Assembly: GCA_964514085.1 (NCBI GenBank)
Contig: CAZEPK010000002.1
Coordinates: forward strand, 1-46,238
Direction: 5' to 3'
DNA: 46,238 bases
DNA from: an uncultured Nocardioides sp.
GTDB lineage: Bacteria > Actinomycetota > Actinomycetes > Propionibacteriales > Nocardioidaceae
Every line of letters starts with the position of its first letter. The first letter of the stretch is position 1. A program made the position numbers and the translations under genes. This document shows positions 1 to 8,440 of this stretch, in pieces. Below the pieces are notes generated by a model. That model saw nothing but the letters and a program-made list of their open reading frames with translations. It did not search any database and was not told the origin of the DNA.

Positions 1-306
1 CTCGCCGACCTGGAGCCGGTGGACCTGGCGCTGGTGCCCGTGGGCGGGTGGGGCCCGACGCTCGGCGCGGGCCACATGGGGCCCGAGCAGGCCGCCGAGG
101 CCGTGGGCCGCGTCGGTGCGCGCTGGGCGGTGCCCGTGCACTGGGGCACCTTCTGGCCGGCCGGACTCCAGCAGGTAGCCCCGGCCAACCACGACCGGCT
201 GTTCCGGACCCCCGGCCCCCGCTTCGCCGCCGCGCTGGCCGGCTCAGCCACCGAGGCCGTGGTGCTGACCCCCGGCGAGCGCGCCGTCCGCCCCCACCGG
301 GGGTAA
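1..306 (+). CDS. MBL-fold metallo-hydrolase (UlaG/NAPE-PLD-like), C-terminal part, truncated by window edge
   Basis: Frame open from base 1; DLALVPVGG...HM..EQA...PVHWGTF is the typical C-terminal signature of this MBL subfamily. Confidence 0.8.
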   Translation, partial: LADLEPVDLALVPVGGWGPTLGAGHMGPEQAAEAVGRVGARWAVPVHWGTFWPAGLQQVAPANHDRLFRTPGPRFAAALAGSATEAVVLTPGERAVRPHRG

Positions 307-373
307 CTCACCGTTCGGTCGGCTTCCCTGGTGTTCGAACACGGCAGGAGCCCGACCGAACGGTGAGTTACCC
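301..373. repeat. Long inverted repeat with GTAACTC...GAGTTAC ends (copy A)
   Basis: gggtaactcaccgttcggtcgg ... ccgaccgaacggtgagttaccc; supplies the TAA stop of the MBL gene. Confidence 0.85.
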
Positions 374-402
374 GAGTCGTCCGAGCCGCGGGGTCGCCCG
401 CA

Positions 403-472
403 TGTAACTCCGTGTCCGGACCACTAGGTCGGGGTCCTGACACGGACCTAGTGGTCGTAACACGGAGTTACA
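403..472. repeat. Long inverted repeat with GTAACTC...GAGTTAC ends (copy B)
   Basis: tgtaactccgtg..gaccactaggtc ... gacctagtggtc..cacggagttaca. Confidence 0.85.
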
Positions 473-504
473 AGTAGGCGGGCGCGGTCAGGAGACGGGC
501 GCGG

Positions 505-1509
505 TCAGGCGACGGGCTGGGCCAGGGCGGCCCGGAGGGCGCGGTGGATGCCGTTGGGGGTCAGCACGCCCACGAACTGGGTGCCGTCGCGCACGCCCAC
601 CACGCCCTTGTCGCTGCGCAGGATGAGGGCCAGCGCCTCCTCGAGGGTGGCGCTCAGGTCGATGGTGTCGGCCAGGTCGCCGGTGCTGACGCCGTCGACC
701 GGCTCGAGGTGGGACCGGTCGAGCTGGGTCACCGTGAGCCGCCGCAGCCCCTTGGTGGCGCCGACGAAGTCCTCGACGAACTCGTCGGCCGGGTGGCCCA
801 GCAGCTCGGCGGGCGTGCCGTACTGCGCCAGCCGCCCGCCGGTGGCGAAGATGGCGACCCGGTCGCCCATGCGCACGGCCTCGTCGATGTCGTGGGTGAC
901 CATCACGACGGTCTTGCCCAGCTCGGACTGCAGGCGCAGGAACTCGTCCTGCAGCCGGACCCGCACCACCGGGTCCACGGCGCCGAACGGCTCGTCCATC
1001 AGCAGGACCGGAGGGTTCGCGGCCAGGGCGCGGGCCACGCCGACCCGCTGCTGCTGGCCGCCGGAGAGCTGGTGCGGGTAGCGGTCGCCGTACGTCGCGG
1101 CGTCCAGCCCGACCGTGTCGAGCAGCTCGCGGGCGCGGTCGCGGGCCACCGACTTCGACTCGCCGTAGAGCAGCGGCACGGTCATCACGTTGGCCAGGAT
1201 CTTCTGGTGCGGGAAGAGCCCGATCTGCTGGATGACGTAGCCGATCCCACGACGCAGCTGCACCGGGTCGGAGCGGGTCACGTCGACGCCGTCGATCTCG
1301 ATCATGCCCGTGGTGGGCTCGATGAGCCGGTTGATCATCTTCAGGGTCGTCGACTTGCCGCAGCCCGACGGACCGACGAGGACGACGAGCTCACCGGCCT
1401 CGACGTCGAGGTCGAGCTCGTGGACAGCGACGGTGCCGTCGTCGTAGGTCTTACCGACGCCCGAGAGCCGGATCATGCTATGTCCGGCTCCTCGCTCGGT
1501 ATTGTCCAT
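505..1509 (-). CDS. Osmoprotectant-type (OpuC/ProU-like) ABC transporter ATP-binding protein
   Basis: Walker A GPSGCGKS, signature LSGGQQQR, Walker B LLMDEPF, H-loop VTHD, IGYVIQQIGLFPH, degenerate CBS-like tail; alternative start 1476. Confidence 0.93.
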   Translation of the reverse strand: MDNTERGAGHSMIRLSGVGKTYDDGTVAVHELDLDVEAGELVVLVGPSGCGKSTTLKMINRLIEPTTGMIEIDGVDVTRSDPVQLRRGIGYVIQQIGLFPHQKILANVMTVPLLYGESKSVARDRARELLDTVGLDAATYGDRYPHQLSGGQQQRVGVARALAANPPVLLMDEPFGAVDPVVRVRLQDEFLRLQSELGKTVVMVTHDIDEAVRMGDRVAIFATGGRLAQYGTPAELLGHPADEFVEDFVGATKGLRRLTVTQLDRSHLEPVDGVSTGDLADTIDLSATLEEALALILRSDKGVVGVRDGTQFVGVLTPNGIHRALRAALAQPVA

Positions 1510-1512
1510 GCG

Positions 1513-2235
1513 GTGACCCTACCTGCGGCGGTGGCCCTCGGGACTGCGTCCGCGGACGGGCCGAGCTGCTACAGCCGGCTCACCAACGAGTGGATCTGCC
1601 GGCAGTACGTCGAGGACCGCTGGTCCGAGATCCAGCACGCCACCGTGGAGCACCTGGAGATCACGGCGCTGTCGGTGCTTCTCGGCCTGCTCATCGCCTT
1701 CCCCCTCGCGCTCCTGGCCCGGCGCTTCACCCGGCTGGAGTCCACGGTGGTCGGCGTGGCGACCGGCATCTACACGATCCCCTCGCTGGCGCTGCTGCCG
1801 CTGATGGTCCCCTTCACCGGCCTCTCGAAGACCACCGTGGTCATCGCGCTGGCGCTCTACGCCCTGACCATCCTGGTGCGGGCGATGCTGGAGGGCCTGC
1901 GCGCGGTGCCCGACGAGGTGGTGGAGTCGGCCAAGGGGCTGGGCTACGGCACCACGCGGCTGCTGTTCCGGGTCGAGGTCCCGCTGGCCATCCCGGTGAT
2001 CATGGCCGGGCTGCGGGTGGCGACGGTGTCGACGGTCGCGCTCACCACGATCGGCTCCCTGGTGGCGTACGGCGGCCTGGGCAACCTGATCAAGGACGGC
2101 GTGTCGACCAACTTCCGGGCCGAGCTGTTCACCGCCTCGGTGCTCTGCGTGGTGCTCGCGGTCCTGCTCGACGTCCTCATCGTCCTGGCGCAGCGGCTGC
2201 TGACCCCCTGGACCCGTGGGAGGAGGAGCGCATGA
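1513..2235 (+). CDS. Osmoprotectant-type ABC transporter permease
   Basis: Hydrophobic; YTIPSLAL, EAA-like ESAKGLG, GGLG motifs; GTG start 1513 chosen within the longer ORF. Confidence 0.9.
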   Translation: MTLPAAVALGTASADGPSCYSRLTNEWICRQYVEDRWSEIQHATVEHLEITALSVLLGLLIAFPLALLARRFTRLESTVVGVATGIYTIPSLALLPLMVPFTGLSKTTVVIALALYALTILVRAMLEGLRAVPDEVVESAKGLGYGTTRLLFRVEVPLAIPVIMAGLRVATVSTVALTTIGSLVAYGGLGNLIKDGVSTNFRAELFTASVLCVVLAVLLDVLIVLAQRLLTPWTRGRRSA

Positions 2236-2996
2236 CCGTCTTCGGCGACACCTGGGACTACCTCACGACGTGGGCGAACTGGACCGGCGACCGCGGCATG
2301 CTGCACCTGATGCAGCAGCAGCTGCTGCTCACGGTCACCGCGCTGGTCCTGGCGCTGGTCATCGGGCTGCCGCTCGCGCTGTGGCTCGGACACCTGGGCA
2401 AGGGCGGCTTCCTGGCCATCAACATCACCAACATCGGCCGGGCCATCCCGACGTTCGCCCTGCTCGCCCTGTTCGTGACCGCCGACTTCCCGGGGGTGCG
2501 GGAGTTCGGCCCGTACGGCCGGGCCGGCCTGGCCACCCTGCTGGCCCTGGCGCTGTTCGCGCTGCCGCCGATCATCACCAACTCCTACGTCGCCGTGCGC
2601 GAGGTCCCGGCCGACGTCAAGCAGGCGGCGGACGGCATGGGCATGACCGGCGCCCAGAAGTTCTTCAAGGTCGAGCTGCCGCTCGCGCTGCCGCTCATCG
2701 CCAGCGGCGTGCGCCTGGCCCTGGTGCAGGTCTGGGCCACGGCGACCATCGCGGCGCTGGTGGCCGGTCCGGGCCTGGGCCGGGTCATCACCGACGGGTT
2801 CTTCCGGACCAACTACGGCAAGGGCATCGCCGGGGCCGTGGTGGTGGGCCTGGTGGCCCTGGTGCTGGAGCTGCTCGCCTCGGCGCTCCAGCGGCTGGTG
2901 GCGCCCACGCCGCAGGACCGCCGTAACGGATCGTCACCCAAACGTGACTCAGGAATGTCGGCGGCTGCCTCTAGCGTTGCCGCTGACGCCGGTTGA
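2232..2996 (+). CDS. Osmoprotectant-type ABC transporter permease
   Basis: ATGA overlap with previous gene, AGGAGG RBS; RAIPTFALL, AADGMGM, VELPLALP, GPGLG motifs. Confidence 0.9.
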   Translation: MTVFGDTWDYLTTWANWTGDRGMLHLMQQQLLLTVTALVLALVIGLPLALWLGHLGKGGFLAINITNIGRAIPTFALLALFVTADFPGVREFGPYGRAGLATLLALALFALPPIITNSYVAVREVPADVKQAADGMGMTGAQKFFKVELPLALPLIASGVRLALVQVWATATIAALVAGPGLGRVITDGFFRTNYGKGIAGAVVVGLVALVLELLASALQRLVAPTPQDRRNGSSPKRDSGMSAAASSVAADAG

Positions 2997-3082
2997 CCTT
3001 TCGGAGCGACCGGCACCGCACCGCTCCCGCACCATCCGGACACGCGTGGCCACCCGGGCCACGGGACACAGAAGGAACACTT

Positions 3083-4090
3083 ATGTCGCCCCGTACGTCT
3101 CTCAGACGATCCCTCGCCGCGGTGCTCTCCGTCGGCACCCTCTTCCTCGCCACGGCCTGCGCCGGTGACGACCTCAGCTCGGAGGGCTCCGGCACCGACG
3201 ACAACACCGCGTCGGCCACCACCTCGGAGTCCACCACCACCTCGGAGAGCGCCTCGACCAGCGCGGGTGGCCCGATCACCCTGGCCGGCCAGAGCTTCCC
3301 GGAGGCCGCGCTCGTGGCCTCGATGTACAGCCAGCTCCTCGAAGGCGCCGGCTACACCGTCACCACCAAGCTGGTCGACTCGCGCGACGGCTACATGGCC
3401 GACTTCCCCGGCGGGGTCGACATCGTGCCCGAGTACGTCGGCGGCATCGTCAACTTCCTCAACAGCCAGGCCAACGGCGACAACGCGACGCCGTTCGACG
3501 CCGGTGACGGCACCCAGCTGGCCGAGCAGGGCAAGTCGCTGCTCGACGCGGCCGGGATCACGCTGCTCGACCAGTCGGCCGCGACCGACACCAACGCGTT
3601 CATGGTCACCCAGGCCTACAGCGACGACAACGGCGTCACCAAGCTCTCCGACCTCGAGGGCAAAAGCGTCAAGCTCGCCGCGGCCCCCGACTGCGAGGGC
3701 CGGCTCGACTGCGAGGGCGGCCTGTCCGACCAGTACGGCATCGACGTGACCGAGGTGCTCCCGCTCGGCTACGCCAGCGACCAGACATACCAGTCGGTGA
3801 TCAGCGGCGAGTCGGAGCTGGGCGAGACCAGCACCACCGACGGCACGCTGGAGTCGCAGGGCCTCGTGGTCCTCGACGACGACAAGCAGATCCAGCCGGC
3901 CCAGAACCTGGTCCCGGCCGTCTCCACCGAGTTCCTCGGCGCCCACCCGGACATCGCGGACATCCTCAACCCGCTGATGGCCGCGCTCACCACCGAGAAC
4001 CTCACCGACCTCAACAGCAAGATCGCGGTCGACCGCGAGAAGCCGGAGGACGTCGCCAAGGCGTTCCTCGAGGACAACGGCCTGCTCTGA
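3083..4090 (+). CDS. ABC transporter substrate-binding lipoprotein, OpuAC/OsmF family
   Basis: GAAGGA RBS; lipobox LATA-C; S/T-rich linker; VPEYVG, LDDDK..PAQN motifs. Confidence 0.88.
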   Translation: MSPRTSLRRSLAAVLSVGTLFLATACAGDDLSSEGSGTDDNTASATTSESTTTSESASTSAGGPITLAGQSFPEAALVASMYSQLLEGAGYTVTTKLVDSRDGYMADFPGGVDIVPEYVGGIVNFLNSQANGDNATPFDAGDGTQLAEQGKSLLDAAGITLLDQSAATDTNAFMVTQAYSDDNGVTKLSDLEGKSVKLAAAPDCEGRLDCEGGLSDQYGIDVTEVLPLGYASDQTYQSVISGESELGETSTTDGTLESQGLVVLDDDKQIQPAQNLVPAVSTEFLGAHPDIADILNPLMAALTTENLTDLNSKIAVDREKPEDVAKAFLEDNGLL

Positions 4091-4095
4091 CCTGA

Positions 4096-4242
4096 CGGTG
4101 GCTGAGGTGCGAGGCCGTCCGCGGCCGAGCCTCGAAACCTGGTGACGTGGTGCTGGGGCGCGACCCGAGCGGGTTGCGTCCCAGCCTCGTCTCTGGAGGC
4201 TTCGAGGCTCGGGCGCTGGGCGCCCTCGCACCTCAGCCACCG
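4096..4242. repeat. REPIN-like element: two inverted REP-like units with an inner hairpin; may also act as terminator between convergent genes
   Basis: cggtggctgaggtgcgagg..gagcctcgaaacc and ggcttcgaggctc..ccctcgcacctcagccaccg; related to units at 20767-20805 and 46187-46225. Confidence 0.8.
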
Positions 4243-4260
4243 ATGAACCAGCGGTGGCGC

Positions 4261-5406
4261 TCAGCGCTCGGTGTCGCGGACCGCGAGCGCCTCGGGGGCG
4301 ACGGTGGTCAGGTCGAGCAGGTCGGCCGGCAGGTCCAGGCGCCGGCCCTGCGGGGTCTCCACCCGGTCCACGGGCCGGCCCAGCTCGCGGGCGTAGGTGA
4401 CGACCTTGGCCGCGTCCTGGCGGCGGCCCTGCTCGACCAGCCAGCCCACCAGCCGGTCCACCGGCAGCAGGCCGGAGTGGGTCAGCGAGCGGGAGCCCCA
4501 GATCGCCAGCACTCCCGTGCGCAGGAGCTCCCACCAGTCGTCGTCGCAGCCGGGGATCTCGACCAGGTAGCGGTGCAGGTCACCGGCCAGCACCCGGTCG
4601 CGGAAGAGCCGGGTGACCTTGGGGGCGCCGTACTCCTCGACGCTGCGCAGCGCGGCCAGCTTGGTCTCCCAGCGGTCGCCGAGGTCCTTGAGCGAGGACC
4701 GCTGCTGGGTGATCGAGGTGCCGTCGGAGCGGATCCGCCAGTGGTAGACCACCTCCGGCACGATCCCGAACCGTCGCGCGCGCAGGTAGGCCAGCGTGGT
4801 GGTCGGCTGGTCCTCGTAGCGGACCCCCTCGGGCCAGGAGAGCCCGGTCGCGCGCCAGAAGTCGGTGCGGAACAGCTTGTTCCAGGCGAAGACGTCGCCC
4901 AGGATCTCGGGGTGGTCGTCGATGACCACGTCCATCCGCTGCCGGTGCAGCCGGTGCATCCAGGGCGGCTCCACCAGGCGCTCGCCCTCGGGGGAGAACT
5001 CCCAGCGCGCCACCGAGCCGACGACGAAGTCCGAGCCGGTGCGGTCCAGCTGCTTGCGCAGCGCGGCGTAGGAGCCCGGCGGCACCACGTCGTCGGAGTC
5101 CGCGAACATCAGCAGGTCGCCGGTGACGTGCCGCAGCCCCTCGTTGCGGGCGGCGCCGAGCCCGCGGTTCTCGGTGTGCACGGCCCGCACCCGCGGGTCG
5201 CGGGCGGCGTAGGAGTCGGCGATCGCCCCCACGTCGTCGGGCGAGCCGTCGTCGACGACGACCACCTCGAGGCCGGTCCGGCCCAGCGAGTCCGCCTGCG
5301 CCAGCACCGAGTCCAGGCAGGCGGGCAGGTACGCCGCGACGTCGTAGGCCGGCACCACGACGCTGAGCAGCGAGGGCCGGCGGCGGAGGGAAGCCAGCCG
5401 GACCAT
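4261..5406 (-). CDS. Glycosyltransferase family 2
   Basis: SVVVPAYD, VVDDGSPD, GLGAARNEG, FADSDD, WNKLFR, YEDQ motifs. Confidence 0.9.
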   Translation of the reverse strand: MVRLASLRRRPSLLSVVVPAYDVAAYLPACLDSVLAQADSLGRTGLEVVVVDDGSPDDVGAIADSYAARDPRVRAVHTENRGLGAARNEGLRHVTGDLLMFADSDDVVPPGSYAALRKQLDRTGSDFVVGSVARWEFSPEGERLVEPPWMHRLHRQRMDVVIDDHPEILGDVFAWNKLFRTDFWRATGLSWPEGVRYEDQPTTTLAYLRARRFGIVPEVVYHWRIRSDGTSITQQRSSLKDLGDRWETKLAALRSVEEYGAPKVTRLFRDRVLAGDLHRYLVEIPGCDDDWWELLRTGVLAIWGSRSLTHSGLLPVDRLVGWLVEQGRRQDAAKVVTYARELGRPVDRVETPQGRRLDLPADLLDLTTVAPEALAVRDTER

Positions 5407-5426
5407 GGCGGATAGGCTCTCACCCC

Positions 5427-6506
5427 GTGACGGAGCTGAGCCTGACCGACCCGACGACGTACCCCCGCAAGGTGCTGTTCGTCGCCGGGGCCGGCCGCAG
5501 CGGCACCAGCACCATGGCCGGCCTGATGCGGATCATGGGGCTGCACGTGCCCCAGCCCGAGGTCATCGCGGACGAGACCAACCCCAAGGGGTTCGGGGAG
5601 CCGCGCTGGGCGGTCGACCACCACGACCGCCTCCTCAAGGAGGCGCTGGTGCAGGTCAGCGACGCGCGACCGGAGGCCTGGTTCGAGACCGGCCGGGTGG
5701 CCACCCGCGAGCACGAGCGCATCGCCACCGCCGAGTGGCTGGAGAGCCACTTCCGGGTCAGCACCGAGCTGGTGGTCAAGGACCCGCGGCTGGGCTGGTT
5801 CCTCGGCCTGTGGCGGGTCGCCGCCGTCCGCACCGGCGCCACGCCGGTCTTCGCCACCATGCTGCGCCCGCCCAGCGAGGTGGTGGGCAGCAAGCAGACC
5901 TACTACGCCAACCGGCTCGGGGCGGCGCACCTGGCGGCCAGCTGGCTGAACATGATGCTGCACACCGAGCGCGGGACCCGCGAGTCGGTCGCCGACGGCG
6001 GCCGGGTCTTCGTCCGCTACGGCGACCTGCTCGACGACTGGGTCAAGACCTCGATGCACGTGGCGGAGACGCTGCAGCTCCAGCACGTCCTGCACGCCGA
6101 CAGCGAGCAGATCCGCGAGGGCCACCGGTTCGTGGACCCAGGGCTGCGCCGGATGAGCCAGACGTTGGAGGAGCTGAACCTGCCCCCGCAGCTGCACGAC
6201 CTCACCGCGGCGACGTGGGAGGAGCTCAACAAGCTGGCCGACCCCGGCGGCGACACCCCCGCCGTGCACGAGGCGCTCGACCAGCTCCGCGAGGCCTACG
6301 TGGACCTCTACGAGGAGTCGGCCGCGATCTCGCGGTCCTCGGTGGTCGCCGCCGAGCAGCGCCTCAAGCGCCAGCGGGGCGCCGCGGGCGCCGGCCCCGA
6401 CCAGCGCGGGCTCGACCGGATCCCCCACGGCGTCCGGGCCGCCATCCCGCCGTCGGTGCGCCGCGGGCTGCGCAAGGTGGCCGGCCGGGAGCGACCCGCC
6501 GAGTGA
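5427..6506 (+). CDS. Sulfotransferase-family protein
   Basis: 5'-PSB-like GAGRSGTS, NPKGFGE, KDPR, R-x7-S 3'-PB-like segment, RYGDLL; TAGGCT -10 at 5413-5418 suggests leaderless start. Confidence 0.8.
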   Translation: MTELSLTDPTTYPRKVLFVAGAGRSGTSTMAGLMRIMGLHVPQPEVIADETNPKGFGEPRWAVDHHDRLLKEALVQVSDARPEAWFETGRVATREHERIATAEWLESHFRVSTELVVKDPRLGWFLGLWRVAAVRTGATPVFATMLRPPSEVVGSKQTYYANRLGAAHLAASWLNMMLHTERGTRESVADGGRVFVRYGDLLDDWVKTSMHVAETLQLQHVLHADSEQIREGHRFVDPGLRRMSQTLEELNLPPQLHDLTAATWEELNKLADPGGDTPAVHEALDQLREAYVDLYEESAAISRSSVVAAEQRLKRQRGAAGAGPDQRGLDRIPHGVRAAIPPSVRRGLRKVAGRERPAE

Positions 6507-7462
6507 ACGGCATCCAGAACCTCGAGGGCCACACCGACTTCGACATCACCTGGCCCTGGACCCGGCCCGGCGGGCTGCGCCCCGGCGCGACCGCGGTGCT
6601 GCGGGTCAAGGACGAGGCCCGCAGCCTGCCCTGGGTGCTCCCGCCGCTGCTGCGGGCCTGCGACCACGTGCTGGTGGTCGACAACGGCTCCACCGACGGG
6701 ACCCCCGAGGTGACCGCCCAGACCGCGGCAAAGGCGGGGATGTCCGACAAGCTCAGCCAGGCGACGTACCCGTTCAGCGTGGCCCGGGCCGGCGCGGAGC
6801 ACCTGGCCCAGCCGGAGCGCTCGGTCCACTCGCTGGCCTACTTCTACAACTGGTGCTTCGCCCAGGTGCAGACCCGCTACTCCTGGAAGTGGGACGGCGA
6901 CATGGTCCTCACCACCGAGGGCGAGGTGTCGATCGGCGACCTGGGCTGGCAGGTCGGCGACGTCCAGTCGATCATCCGGGTGCCGCGGCACGGGCTCTAC
7001 CTCGAGAGCGGGTCGAAGGGCTACCTCGACCTCGGCCTGCGCAACGCCGAAGAGTGGGGCTTCCCCATCGGGCCGGACTTCGTGTTCACCAAGGCCTACG
7101 AGTGGGAGATCCGCACGACGCCCGACCCGGTCCGCTCGATCGGCCTGCCGCACGGGCTGTGCGTGGAGCTGAAGTACCTCGACGGCGACGAGTTCGCGCA
7201 CTGGACCGACCCCGCGTCGTTCGCCACCAGCTACCGCAACAAGCGCAAGCGCCGCGAGTGGACGGTCTACAACGCGCTCCGGGAGGGCACGGTGCTGCCC
7301 GGCGTCCACGAGATCACCGCTCCTCCGGGCGTGCACATCGTCGACCACGTCACCCAGGAGTGGCTCCCGCGCGCGCCCCGGCCGCTGGAGGTCGGGCTGC
7401 CCGACCTCGCACCGGTCTCGCCGGCCCAGCGCGAGCTGCAGCGGCGGGAGGGCGCGTCGTGA
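6503..7462 (+). CDS. GT-A fold glycosyltransferase (GT2-like, resembles CgtA family)
   Basis: GTGA overlap; LRVKDEA, DNGSTDGT, SLAYFYNW, KWDGD (DxD). Confidence 0.78.
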   Translation: MNGIQNLEGHTDFDITWPWTRPGGLRPGATAVLRVKDEARSLPWVLPPLLRACDHVLVVDNGSTDGTPEVTAQTAAKAGMSDKLSQATYPFSVARAGAEHLAQPERSVHSLAYFYNWCFAQVQTRYSWKWDGDMVLTTEGEVSIGDLGWQVGDVQSIIRVPRHGLYLESGSKGYLDLGLRNAEEWGFPIGPDFVFTKAYEWEIRTTPDPVRSIGLPHGLCVELKYLDGDEFAHWTDPASFATSYRNKRKRREWTVYNALREGTVLPGVHEITAPPGVHIVDHVTQEWLPRAPRPLEVGLPDLAPVSPAQRELQRREGAS

Positions 7463-8334
7463 CGCCGCCCGGCGGATCGGGCGGCGAGGCCGCCAACCAG
7501 CGGGCCTTCGCGGGGCACGACGGCTCGGCGGCCCGCTGGTTCGCCAGCCAGGACGACTGGTGGCCCGAGCACTACGGGTCCGCGGTGGACCAGGCGCTGG
7601 CCGAGCTGCACGGCAGCGGCATCGGCACCGAGGGCCGCGACCTGCTCGACATCGGGTGCGGTGACGGGATCATCAGCCTGGGCCTGCTGCGCCGCAGTGA
7701 CCTGGGCAGCGTCACCGGGATGGACATCGTCGCGACCGACACCGGCTTCCTCGACCACGAGGCCCGCCGCCACGGCGTGGACCCGGTCGGACCGGACGAC
7801 GCGCTGCGCTTCGTGGAGTCGGTGCCCGACACGGCGCCGTTCGAGGACTCGTCATTCGACCTGGCCACGGCCTGGTCGGTCTTCGAGCACGTCACCGAGC
7901 CGCGGCCGCTGCTGCGCGACGTGCACCGGGTGCTCCGCCCCGGCGGGGTGCTGTTCATCCAGGTCTGGCCGCTGTGGTTCTCCGAGCACGGCTCGCACCT
8001 GTGGCCGTTCTTCGAGGAGACCTTCGTCCACCTCACCCGTACGCCGGAGGAGATCCTGGCCCACCTGCAGGAGCGGATCGAGGACCCGGCCCTGGCCCGG
8101 TCGATGTTCGACCTCTACGAGTCGTGCAACCGCCACACCGTCGACGACATCCAGGCCGCCCTGCTCGACGCGGGCTTCGGGATCGGCAAGGTGACGCTCA
8201 GCGGGGCGTCGGTGCACGTCCCGCCCGCGCTCCGGGACGTGCCCCTGAGCCACCTGGCGGTCGACGGCTGCACCATCCTCGCCGTCAAGCCCGACCAGCC
8301 CCGCGAAGCGGGTCCGGGACACGATCCCGGGTAG
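7459..8334 (+). CDS. Class I SAM-dependent methyltransferase
   Basis: GTGA overlap; LLDIGCGDG, FEDSSFD, VFEHV, RVLRPGG. Confidence 0.9.
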   Translation: MTPPGGSGGEAANQRAFAGHDGSAARWFASQDDWWPEHYGSAVDQALAELHGSGIGTEGRDLLDIGCGDGIISLGLLRRSDLGSVTGMDIVATDTGFLDHEARRHGVDPVGPDDALRFVESVPDTAPFEDSSFDLATAWSVFEHVTEPRPLLRDVHRVLRPGGVLFIQVWPLWFSEHGSHLWPFFEETFVHLTRTPEEILAHLQERIEDPALARSMFDLYESCNRHTVDDIQAALLDAGFGIGKVTLSGASVHVPPALRDVPLSHLAVDGCTILAVKPDQPREAGPGHDPG

Positions 8335-8357
8335 AGTGCTGCGGTCGCCCGGCTGCG

Positions 8358-8397
8358 TATGCTGACGTGAGCCGGTCGTCGCGCCGGTCGCGACGAC
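8358..8397 (+). promoter_or_regulatory. Possible internal promoter -10 (TATGCT) followed by a 9-bp hairpin
   Basis: TATGCT 8358-8363; gtcgtcgcg-ccggt-cgcgacgac 8375-8397 in the only sizeable gap of the operon. Confidence 0.35.
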
Positions 8398-8440
8398 ACT
8401 CGAGCGGGGGCGGCAGTCGGAGACCGCCTGGGAGCTGTAG

